DNA of 44,111 bases from a virus: the IMG/VR virus record IMGVR_UViG_3300028892_001354. One strand, given 5' to 3'. Shown piece after piece: positions 1-7,087 of the stretch (its first letter is position 1; every line of letters starts with the position of its first letter). The translations under genes and the position numbers were made by a program. Below the pieces are notes generated by a model, which saw only the letters and a program-made list of their open reading frames with translations, did not search any database and had not been told where the DNA came from.

Positions 1-144
1 GATGGAGAGTTTAATAATAGATTAGATCCAACTTTCCGGTGGCACAGAGATTATCATGGTATGAATATTGTATCTTTTAACCGTAAGGGTGAAGCATTTA
101 AAACTAATGTGATAAAAGTTAGAAATTAAACAAAATCGTTATTT
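1..144. repeat. Terminal direct repeat, copy 1 (identical to 43968..44111). Circular-assembly overlap or terminal redundancy
   Basis: Direct comparison: bases 1-144 equal bases 43968-44111. Implies a 43,967-bp circular unit. Bases 1-129 duplicate the 3' end of the CDS that starts at 43866. Confidence 0.95.
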
Positions 145-555
145 CATAGCAAACAAAAAAGAGCACACATGTAAGTATGCTCTTTAACAAGAAAGGTAGA
201 TTTCTATGAATGGATGCCTCCATACAATAACATATGCTTGTCCAGTTAAAAGGTAAAAAGTTTTTAAAGAAATTATAATTTAAATAAAAGAAACCCCGTT
301 TATCTACGGGGCTTCTAAGGGTAAATGTCAAGTAATGACGTACTCGACTAATTAACCATATCATGAATTTATTGGTAAAAATACTGGTAAATGCGTCCAA
401 TTAGTATGGTCATCAACTTGAATAAAAAGGTTATTTTAGTTGTAGTTTAACAAAAAGGACCCGCTATAAATAGCAGGCCTTTTCCTAAAATGGCAAAGAG
501 TAACTCTTACCTTACTCTTCTACTATATAATACACCATATTTGACTGTTTGTGTA

Positions 556-570
556 GAAAAATGTCGAAAT
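556..570 (+). promoter_or_regulatory. 15-mer GAAAAATGTCGAAAT (copy 1), candidate promoter element
   Basis: Exact second copy at 2572..2586. Both sit at the start of rightward transcription units. Further ATGTCGA cores at 583, 1538 and 2770. Confidence 0.4.
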
Positions 571-659
571 ATGCAATATTTCATGTCGATTATAAGAAAA
601 CGAAGAAGTGAGACCGATAATTGAATAAAAACGCTATTTGGGTAGAAAAGGGGATGGAT

Positions 660-863
660 ATGAAAATTCCTTGGAATGAACGTATATATGCTCTATATAA
701 AGGGGAACAGTTTTTGGTAGATGGAACCATTTTAGAAATCAGTAAAGGGACGAATAAAAGCTTAGATTGGCTTAGGTATATGCTGACACCATCGTATGAT
801 AAAAAGCGTGAAAACAGCATGAATTACCTCAGGTTGATTCAATTAGATGATGATGAAGAATAA
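660..863 (+). CDS. Hypothetical small acidic-tailed protein
   Basis: ORF 621..863. An ATG at 660 follows the RBS GAAAAGGGG (645-653). First gene after the junction-proximal intergenic region. Confidence 0.55.
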   Translation: MKIPWNERIYALYKGEQFLVDGTILEISKGTNKSLDWLRYMLTPSYDKKRENSMNYLRLIQLDDDEE

Positions 864-902
864 TATGAAAATTTCATTTTGCAGAAAAGTGAGGTTAGGA
901 GA

Positions 903-1025
903 ATGACAAAACGTAAGAAACAAAAAATCAAAAAATATATTAAGCGGCGTGCTAAACAATTCGAGAAACATAGAGTAGATGCAGCGTGGCTAAACATATT
1001 TAAAAAGCGTGGAGTTATTAAATAG
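903..1025 (+). CDS. Hypothetical 40-aa highly basic protein (MTKRKKQKIKKYIKRRAKQ...)
   Basis: Below the ORF-track cutoff. RBS GAGGTTAGGAGA lies 4-6 nt upstream of the ATG at 903; stop TAG at 1023-1025. Confidence 0.45.
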   Translation: MTKRKKQKIKKYIKRRAKQFEKHRVDAAWLNIFKKRGVIK

Positions 1026-1041
1026 AAAGAGAGGAAGCAGC

Positions 1042-1572
1042 ATGGGTTACGCAAATAGAGGAATGGCATTTGAGTTACTTTTAACCAATACATGTCGTAT
1101 GTATAAGGCAGCAAATGTAGGAGTATTTAATAAACGTCCTACCCCGATAAAAGTTATAAAAACGGATAAGAAAGGCAGTATTCTCAAAAGTGCTTGGAGC
1201 AGTAAATCTACAGTGGACTATGACGGTGTATATAAGGGAAGAGCAGTATACTTTGAAGCGAAGTCTACAAAGGAAACAACAAATTTCCCCTTAGATAAAA
1301 TAAGTAGACATCAAATTGATTATTTAAAAGATACATCGGAACATGGAGCGATATGTTTCTTCTTAATAGAATTTAGAACAGATCATGTAATTTATTTCGT
1401 TCCTATCTCATTAGTAGCAGAATATTATGAAGCTATGCTATATGATGGTGGCCGTAAATCCATTCCAAGAAAAGCATTTGAGGAACGTGCTTATATAGTA
1501 GAGCAAACAAACCGCGTTCCAGTTGATTACTTATTACATGTCGATAAATTAGAATGGCAAAGTATTAGTTAA
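1042..1572 (+). CDS. recU: RecU-type Holliday junction resolvase
   Basis: Matches RecU hallmarks recalled from B. subtilis RecU: KRPTPIKV, STVDYDGVYKGRAVYFEAKSTKE..FPL, HQIDYL, HGAICFFLIEF, GGRKSIP. RBS GAGAGGAAG precedes the ATG at 1042. Confidence 0.85.
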   Translation: MGYANRGMAFELLLTNTCRMYKAANVGVFNKRPTPIKVIKTDKKGSILKSAWSSKSTVDYDGVYKGRAVYFEAKSTKETTNFPLDKISRHQIDYLKDTSEHGAICFFLIEFRTDHVIYFVPISLVAEYYEAMLYDGGRKSIPRKAFEERAYIVEQTNRVPVDYLLHVDKLEWQSIS

Positions 1573-1591
1573 AATAATAGAGGGTGAAGAT

Positions 1592-1915
1592 ATGAATGCT
1601 AAAGGTGTACGTATCAAAATTCTAAACTTGCAGGAACAACATTGTAAAAATTGTGAGTACCGGTATCAGCAACTAGATCATTGTCGTTTTGATTGCACCA
1701 TAGGAAAACAAATAATTGAACTAGGTGTGTTGTTAGGTGGCAAAGAAGAAGCCAAAAAACGAATAAGAAAGACAAAAGGGGAATGGGATAGGATTTGTGT
1801 GAAAGCTGCAGCTATGAGAGAAGACGGAATGACATATATATCTATAGCTAAATTCTTTGGTATGTCAGACGGAAAAAGAGTAGCAGAACAGCTGAGAAAA
1901 AGAGGGTTAATTTAA
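1592..1915 (+). CDS. Cys-rich (CxxC...C...C) N-terminal Zn-finger protein with a C-terminal HTH-like segment
   Basis: CKNCEYRYQQLDHCRFDC motif, then ...MTYISIAKFFGMSDGKRVAEQLRKRG. RBS AGAGGGTGAAG. Confidence 0.6.
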   Translation: MNAKGVRIKILNLQEQHCKNCEYRYQQLDHCRFDCTIGKQIIELGVLLGGKEEAKKRIRKTKGEWDRICVKAAAMREDGMTYISIAKFFGMSDGKRVAEQLRKRGLI

Positions 1916-1935
1916 AATTTCACATACCGTATTAA
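1915..1935 (+). promoter_or_regulatory. 21-bp motif AAATTTCACATACCGTATTAA (copy A), upstream of the sigma-like gene
   Basis: Exact reverse-complement copy at 31989..32009. Core ATAC-C-GTAT is palindromic. Confidence 0.5.
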
Positions 1936-2061
1936 AAAGATAAATAAAAATTAATGAAAATAATAGTCCACATTCAGAGGGCGTTGATTATGTGTAGGAA
2001 AGTGATTCTTCCTATATATAATTCAGCGTCCTCTTTTTATATAAGAGGAGGAACCTGGCTG

Positions 2062-2562
2062 ATGAAAAATTTAATGCAGCAGTATACAGATACAAGAAAG
2101 GAATTAGAAAAATCTAAGGTAGGTGCAACAGAAAAGGATATAAGTATTATCAATGGAATGATTAGTGATATTAATTATGCTCTGGAATGGATGCGTACTG
2201 CTAAACAGCCAGGGAAGACAAGAGGGATTGAACGTAGAGCGGCGTATGAACGCGAGAAGCCATGTGACCCATTATTAATGCAAAGATATGTGCGTAGTAC
2301 TGTAATGCCAGTATATGAATGGGATACAGCAGCAAAAGAAAGTGTTATCTCTGAATGGGACCGTACACAGTTAGAAGATGCATTATCGACTTTAACAGAT
2401 AGAGAAAAGGAAATATATGTAATGTCTAGAGGGCACGGGCTAACAATGGAAAAGATATCCAATTATTTAGAAGTGAAAAAAACTACTGTTCAAAATCATT
2501 TAGAAAGAGCGGATAAAAAGATTGGAAAAAGAATAAATGAAAGTCTCTTCTGCATGTTTTAA
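2062..2562 (+). CDS. Sigma-70 region-4-type late transcription activator (Xpf/ArpU-like positive control factor)
   Basis: C-terminal LTDREKEIYVMSRGHGLTMEKISNYLEVKKTTVQNHLERADKKI is a typical sigma region 4.2 HTH. RBS GGAGGAAC precedes the ATG at 2062. Sits just before the late genes. Confidence 0.7.
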   Translation: MKNLMQQYTDTRKELEKSKVGATEKDISIINGMISDINYALEWMRTAKQPGKTRGIERRAAYEREKPCDPLLMQRYVRSTVMPVYEWDTAAKESVISEWDRTQLEDALSTLTDREKEIYVMSRGHGLTMEKISNYLEVKKTTVQNHLERADKKIGKRINESLFCMF

Positions 2563-2571
2563 TTTTCCTGC

Positions 2572-2586
2572 GAAAAATGTCGAAAT
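2572..2586 (+). promoter_or_regulatory. 15-mer GAAAAATGTCGAAAT (copy 2), candidate promoter element
   Basis: Identical to 556..570. Lies 10 nt after the sigma-like gene stop, at the 5' edge of the structured non-coding locus. Confidence 0.4.
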
Positions 2587-3296
2587 TTGTGGTACAAATG
2601 CCCCCTATATATGACAGGTTTAAAATTAATAATGACATATTCCAGCGTGACGGGTGCAAGTTGCTCGCATTCGTCACGCTGTTTCTAATTTGTATCTATC
2701 ATCCATAATGTAATTATTCACCTTTTTATGTTATGGAAATGGATATAAATAAATCCATTTTTGTCCTGTATGTCGATTTCTAAGAATGGGGATGGTTTTC
2801 ATGATTGAATGAAAATTATTCTGGTACTTAAAAATTGCCAAAACTTGATTCTGCTGTATACGTTACCTGATGATCGTTCATATAGTAATTTCTCGCGATT
2901 CTTACTACATGGGCGTGTAGTCAGGGTGTAAAGAGACTAGTCACCTCTTTACTACAGCCAATATACATCCTGTCGTGTAATCCCCTTTTCACGATACGTC
3001 CCCTATATTGGTTGTAGTAAGGCGGTGGAAAAAGGTAATAACCGTCTTATAGATTATAAAGATTGATTCCCTTTATATTCGACAATATAAAAATGGTGTT
3101 TGTATCACCGACTCCACGGAGGATAAACGAGAAGATTCTTAGTCTTCTCTCAGTCACCGAACGTAAAGCGCGTAGCTAAAATACGGAAATACGAAAATGC
3201 GGTGACTGAGAGAAGGTTGAGAGTGATCTTGACCTTTGATTCACATGAACATATCCCCTTATGTTTAGAACGTGAATTTCTCCTACCCCCTTTTAG

Positions 3297-3325
3297 AGCT
3301 GTCACTTCGGTGATGGCTTTTTTGT
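3297..3325 (+). terminator. Rho-independent terminator (9-bp stem, UUCG tetraloop, T6 run)
   Basis: AGCTGTCAC-TTCG-GTGATGGCT followed by TTTTTTG. Confidence 0.8.
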
Positions 3326-3457
3326 TTGTTGTATAGAAATTACATATTAAACATACAAGTGAACCTTATATACCCATGTAATACATTAGCAGATGTGCAG
3401 TTATATAAGTATTGTGCAATTAGACAAATTGGACACCTAAAAAGAGAGGTGATTGTA

Positions 3458-3631
3458 ATGGGATGGTTAGATTTCTTTATTGGAAGTTGTGTAGGTTCAT
3501 TATCCGGAATAATATTCTGTTCTTGGTTAGAGAAGAGGAGCAAACGGGAACGAGATCTAGATATTGATAGATCAGTGCGAAAAGAAATGGAACAATTTAG
3601 AGCAATGGAAAGACGAAAAGGGGTGAAATGA
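3458..3631 (+). CDS. Small membrane protein (57 aa; one TM segment plus a charged tail)
   Basis: RBS AAAGAGAGGTG precedes the ATG at 3458. MGWLDFFIGSCVGSLSGIIFCSWL is hydrophobic. Confidence 0.6.
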   Translation: MGWLDFFIGSCVGSLSGIIFCSWLEKRSKRERDLDIDRSVRKEMEQFRAMERRKGVK

Positions 3632-3637
3632 TTAGAT

Positions 3638-3967
3638 ATGGATATACAGGAGTTTATTCGTGTTAATGGTATATGCATTGAAAACTGGGTATTTGATGTA
3701 ATTAAAGTAGTTGAAAAAGAACTACAAGCAAATAGCGGAAAAACGCTTTACATGGAAAAACAGAGAGAATTATTACAAAATATTGCTACAGAAGTTGTTA
3801 AAATTGGAACAGCAGTTAATATACCTTGGATTCAAAGTAGTGTTGGTAGTACAAGCAGCATAATGAATCAAATTAACAACTGTGGTCAATGTGGAAGTAT
3901 TGTTCCAAAACCGTATGGTAAATTTGAAATTGCTATTTGTAAGTGTGGAGAGCACTTCAAAGAATAA
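3638..3967 (+). CDS. Hypothetical protein with a C-terminal CxxC...CxC Zn-ribbon-like motif
   Basis: ORF with NNCGQCGS...ICKCGEHF. Tightly packed after the previous gene. Confidence 0.6.
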   Translation: MDIQEFIRVNGICIENWVFDVIKVVEKELQANSGKTLYMEKQRELLQNIATEVVKIGTAVNIPWIQSSVGSTSSIMNQINNCGQCGSIVPKPYGKFEIAICKCGEHFKE

Positions 3968-3993
3968 TCCTAACAAAGCAGAGGTGAGATTTT

Positions 3994-4200
3994 ATGGATT
4001 CTAACGTTACTTTTACTATGGAAATGAATGGGGAGAGTAAAGATGCATCTTCCTATGTAAAAGGGATTGCAAATGTTGCTATTTTCCTATTAGCTAATAC
4101 AGATGAAAAAGTAATTAATAACTTATTATCTCAAGTTGGTGAAGGAGAGAAAATATTTATTAAAACTGCGTTGGCAGGGATACAATTACATAAAAAATAA
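3994..4200 (+). CDS. Hypothetical protein (68 aa)
   Basis: RBS AGAGGTGAG precedes the ATG at 3994. Confidence 0.55.
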   Translation: MDSNVTFTMEMNGESKDASSYVKGIANVAIFLLANTDEKVINNLLSQVGEGEKIFIKTALAGIQLHKK

Positions 4201-4320
4201 TGTCTCAAAAACATTTGATTGTGATACATTCAATCTCTTATTCATAAAGCCTATAAAATCAATATGTAAAACGTCTCAAAACTATGTATCGAAAACAATT
4301 GAATTTGAGACAGGAAATTG
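4201..4320. promoter_or_regulatory. Candidate res/recombination site for the adjacent serine recombinase
   Basis: GTCTCAAAA at 4202 and 4273 (direct) and TTTGAGAC at 4304 (inverted). GATACA(A/T)T at 4223 and 4320. Immediately upstream of the recombinase gene. Confidence 0.5.
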
Positions 4321-4357
4321 ATACAATTAAACCATCAAAGATAAAGGGTGATGGTGC

Positions 4358-4930
4358 ATGGTATTCGGTTATGCCAGAGTTTCAACAAAAAAGCAAAGTT
4401 TAGATATGCAATTAGACGAATTAAATCGTTACGGATGCGAGGAAATAGTAACAGAAAAAGAAAGTGGCGCTAAGAAGAATAGGAAAGAACTACAGCTGCT
4501 TCTTGGTAAACTTCGTAAAGGCGATAAATTAGTTGTTTATAAGTTAGATCGATTAGGTAGAACTATGCACCAACTTGCTAACTTATTACAAGAATTTAAC
4601 GAAAAAGGCATTAACTTTGTATCTATTAAAGATGGTATTGATACATCTACTACAATGGGACAATTTCTATTTCATATATTTGGGGCAGTGGCTGAAATGG
4701 AACGTTCTATTATTAATGAACGTGTAGTTAGTGGTGTAGCTGCTGCAAAGCAAAGAGGTAAGCAAGGTGGACGTAAAAAAGCACATACTGTTCAGCAAAT
4801 TGAGAGTATGATGGAAGCTGTAGAAATGGGTAGAACAAAGATAGAAATTTGCGAGATATATAATGTATCAAGAGCAACTTTGTACCGTTACATAAAGGAA
4901 CATGAAGCAAATAAGAAAGAATTAAAGTAG
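4358..4930 (+). CDS. Small serine recombinase (resolvase/invertase family)
   Basis: N-terminal MVFGYARVSTKKQSLDMQ catalytic-serine motif, DRLGR, and a C-terminal HTH (VSRATLYRYIKE). 190 aa. Confidence 0.9.
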   Translation: MVFGYARVSTKKQSLDMQLDELNRYGCEEIVTEKESGAKKNRKELQLLLGKLRKGDKLVVYKLDRLGRTMHQLANLLQEFNEKGINFVSIKDGIDTSTTMGQFLFHIFGAVAEMERSIINERVVSGVAAAKQRGKQGGRKKAHTVQQIESMMEAVEMGRTKIEICEIYNVSRATLYRYIKEHEANKKELK

Positions 4931-4950
4931 CGAATCCGCTGCTTTTTTAT
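4927..4950 (+). terminator. Rho-independent terminator after the recombinase gene
   Basis: GTAGCG-AATC-CGCTGC followed by T6. Confidence 0.6.
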
Positions 4951-4973
4951 TTTTTTAAACGGGAGTTGAAGTG

Positions 4974-5159
4974 ATGGAAGAGTTAAAAAGAATTGTTGTA
5001 GAAGATAGAGGGGATGGAACGCAAGTAACAAGACTTCCTAACAATGAAGAAATGATGAATAAAATCAATGAAATAATTAGATATACAAAAAGACTTGAAA
5101 AAAACAAACAAAACAAACAAAACAAACCAATTTTACCAGCAGGTAAGGTGATTAGATAA
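4974..5159 (+). CDS. Hypothetical protein containing an in-frame (AAAACAAAC)x3 repeat (NKQ x3)
   Basis: RBS GGGAG precedes the ATG at 4974. The track ORF begins at the GTG at 4971. Confidence 0.5.
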   Translation: MEELKRIVVEDRGDGTQVTRLPNNEEMMNKINEIIRYTKRLEKNKQNKQNKPILPAGKVIR

Positions 5160-5193
5160 AAATAAATTAAGATATTATCGTGAGGTGGTGGTT

Positions 5194-5703
5194 ATGGCCA
5201 AAGGTAAGGTGCAAGCATGGCTGACAAAAGAAGGGTTGCTAAAAATAGAAGGTTGGGCGCGTGATGGTCTTGTAGATGAACAAATTGCAAAGAACATTGG
5301 TGTAAGTCGTGCCACACTTAGTAACTGGAAAAATAAACACCCACTAATTACAAGAGCGTTAGCAAAAGGTAAAGAAGTAGTAGATCGTGAAGTGGAAAAT
5401 GCTCTTATAAAAAAGGCACTTGGATACACATATGAAGAAGTTATTGTTATGCGACAAGAAATTTCAGAAGATGTGTTTGAAGATGTTGAAGTGAAGCGTA
5501 TAAAAAAACAAGTGCCGCCTGATACAACTGCCATTATCTTTTGGTTGAAGAATAGAAAACCTGATACTTGGCGTGACCGTAAAGAATTTGATCATACTGG
5601 TGAAATGAAACAAACAGTAGAACATACAACAGATTTAAGTCAGTATACGGTAGAGGAGCTGAAACAACTTGAAAACATCATTAAAAAACCTACCGTCACT
5701 TGA
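5194..5703 (+). CDS. terS: Terminase small subunit
   Basis: N-terminal HTH (IAKNIGVSRATLSNWKNKH) and PPDTTAIIFWLKNRKPDTWRDR. Directly upstream of and overlapping TerL. RBS GAGGTGG. Confidence 0.8.
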   Translation: MAKGKVQAWLTKEGLLKIEGWARDGLVDEQIAKNIGVSRATLSNWKNKHPLITRALAKGKEVVDREVENALIKKALGYTYEEVIVMRQEISEDVFEDVEVKRIKKQVPPDTTAIIFWLKNRKPDTWRDRKEFDHTGEMKQTVEHTTDLSQYTVEELKQLENIIKKPTVT

Positions 5704-7087
5704 TTCTATTAAGAGAGAGCTTGCTCGTCGCTCATTCGCTGAGTATGTGGAATACGTTCATTTCGGTAATTACAGGCACTTTAGACATACTAGATTAATA
5801 TGTGACACGCTACAGCGTATTGCAGATGGTGAGCAATTATATGTACTGATTGAGATGCCACCACGGCATGGTAAATCGATGACTACGACGGAATCATTCC
5901 CGTCTTTTTTTATTGGTAAAAATCCAGAAAAACGTGTAATTGCTGCTTCATATTCAGACAATCTTGCCCGAAAGTTCGGTCGTTTAAATAAACAGAAGAT
6001 AGAAAACTTTGGTGAAGAATTATTCGGCTACAGATTATCAGACGACAATGCAGCAAAGAATGACTGGTCACTACAGGATCATAAAGGCGGAATGATTGCT
6101 ACTGGTATTGGTGGTTCTATTACTGGACAAGGTGCCGATTTACTTATCATAGATGACCCTTTTAAGAATGCAGAAGAGGCAAACTCTCCTACTATTCGTG
6201 AAAAAGTTTGGGATGAATGGGAATCCACTCTTTCTACACGTCTTCATAAAGGAGCTTCTGTCATCGTTATTATGACGCGTTGGCATGAAGATGATATTAT
6301 TGGTCGTTTATTAGAGAGAAGCCCTCACGATTGGATTAGGCTCCGTTTACCTGCTATTGCAGAAGATGAAGATGATTTATTAGGTCGTGAAATTGGTGAA
6401 CCTTTATGTCCAGAGCTTGGATATGACATAGAATGGGCGAAAAATAAGAAAATTGAGGTCGGTACTCGTACATGGTCCTCATTGTTTCAACAAAGACCAA
6501 GCCCAGGAGAAGGTGCAATCTTTAAACGACCATGGTTTGTTAAGTTTTATACAGTAATTCCATCTGATATAAGTGAACAAATGCAGTCTTGGGATTGTAC
6601 TTTTAAAGATACAGCAGCTAGTGATTTCGTAGTTGGGCAAGTGTGGGGCAAACGAGGTGCTGATAAGTATTTATTAGACCAAGTAAGAGACAGAATGGAC
6701 TTTCCTGCTACATTAAGAGCAATACGGTCATTAACAGCTAAATGGCCACGTGCAGGTGTGAAGTTAATAGAAGATAAGGCAAACGGTTCTGCAGTTATAC
6801 AAACGTTACAAAGGGAGATACCTGGCATTATAGGTGTAAATCCAGAGGGTGGAAAAATTGCAAGGGCGCAAGCTGCTGCGCCGCAATTTGAAGCAGGTAA
6901 TGTATATTTACCGGATCCATCTATCGCTCCATGGATTCATGATTTCATTGAAGAATTTATTGTGTTCCCATCGGGTAAAAATGATGACCAGGTTGATGGT
7001 GCATCCCAAGCATTAAACAGATGGAATATACCGCAGGAGATGAACTATGTTGTTTCTCCTGTAATAGCAGGAATTAAGAGGGGGTGA
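5669..7087 (+). CDS. terL: Terminase large subunit (ATPase plus nuclease)
   Basis: Walker A PPRHGKS, Walker B LLIIDDP, coupling motif MTRWHEDD, C-terminal nuclease motif GKNDDQVDGASQAL. The TTG start at 5669 is uncertain. Confidence 0.9.
   Translation: MKTSLKNLPSLDSIKRELARRSFAEYVEYVHFGNYRHFRHTRLICDTLQRIADGEQLYVLIEMPPRHGKSMTTTESFPSFFIGKNPEKRVIAASYSDNLARKFGRLNKQKIENFGEELFGYRLSDDNAAKNDWSLQDHKGGMIATGIGGSITGQGADLLIIDDPFKNAEEANSPTIREKVWDEWESTLSTRLHKGASVIVIMTRWHEDDIIGRLLERSPHDWIRLRLPAIAEDEDDLLGREIGEPLCPELGYDIEWAKNKKIEVGTRTWSSLFQQRPSPGEGAIFKRPWFVKFYTVIPSDISEQMQSWDCTFKDTAASDFVVGQVWGKRGADKYLLDQVRDRMDFPATLRAIRSLTAKWPRAGVKLIEDKANGSAVIQTLQREIPGIIGVNPEGGKIARAQAAAPQFEAGNVYLPDPSIAPWIHDFIEEFIVFPSGKNDDQVDGASQALNRWNIPQEMNYVVSPVIAGIKRG

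Larger units (their letters stand above)
2563..3325 (+). ncRNA. Candidate large structured RNA or late-operon leader (~760 nt, unclassified)
   Basis: No credible ORF on either strand. Nested helices at 2643-2681, 2737-2760, 2942-3027 (24 positions) with inner helix 2971-2996, 3143-3216 (16-17 bp), and 3239-3277. Ends in a UUCG-loop terminator. All wobble positions are G.U on the + strand only. Confidence 0.5.

Noticed and set aside
1-144. The terminal repeat as a biological direct terminal repeat or cos-type end
   Set aside because: - The repeat interrupts a CDS.
- The terminase large subunit looks like a headful-type enzyme.
- An assembly overlap of a circular or circularly permuted genome is the simpler explanation.
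119-400. 93-aa minus-strand ORF near the junction
   Set aside because: - It is AT-rich and low-complexity with no RBS.
- It spans hairpin and terminator elements and overlaps the 3' end of the + strand junction gene.
3010-3025. GGTTGTAGTA(A)GGCGG in the structured locus is also present as GGTTGTAGTAGGCGG at 34060-34074, upstream of rep. This hinted at trans base-pairing between the large RNA and the rep leader.
   Set aside because: - The match is 10 + 5 nt with an indel.
- My rough estimate is that a match of this quality between a 760-nt region and an 88-kb two-strand search space arises by chance about 0.1-0.2 times.
- That is not strong enough without conservation data.
5101-5127. (AAAACAAAC)x3 tandem repeat
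   Set aside because: - It is an in-frame NKQ repeat within a small hypothetical gene.
- Only three units are present, with no evidence of phase variation, and length changes would stay in frame.
5175-5534. 119-aa minus-strand ORF
   Set aside because: Fully antisense to the terminase small subunit gene, Ser/Thr-rich and low-complexity, with no RBS.
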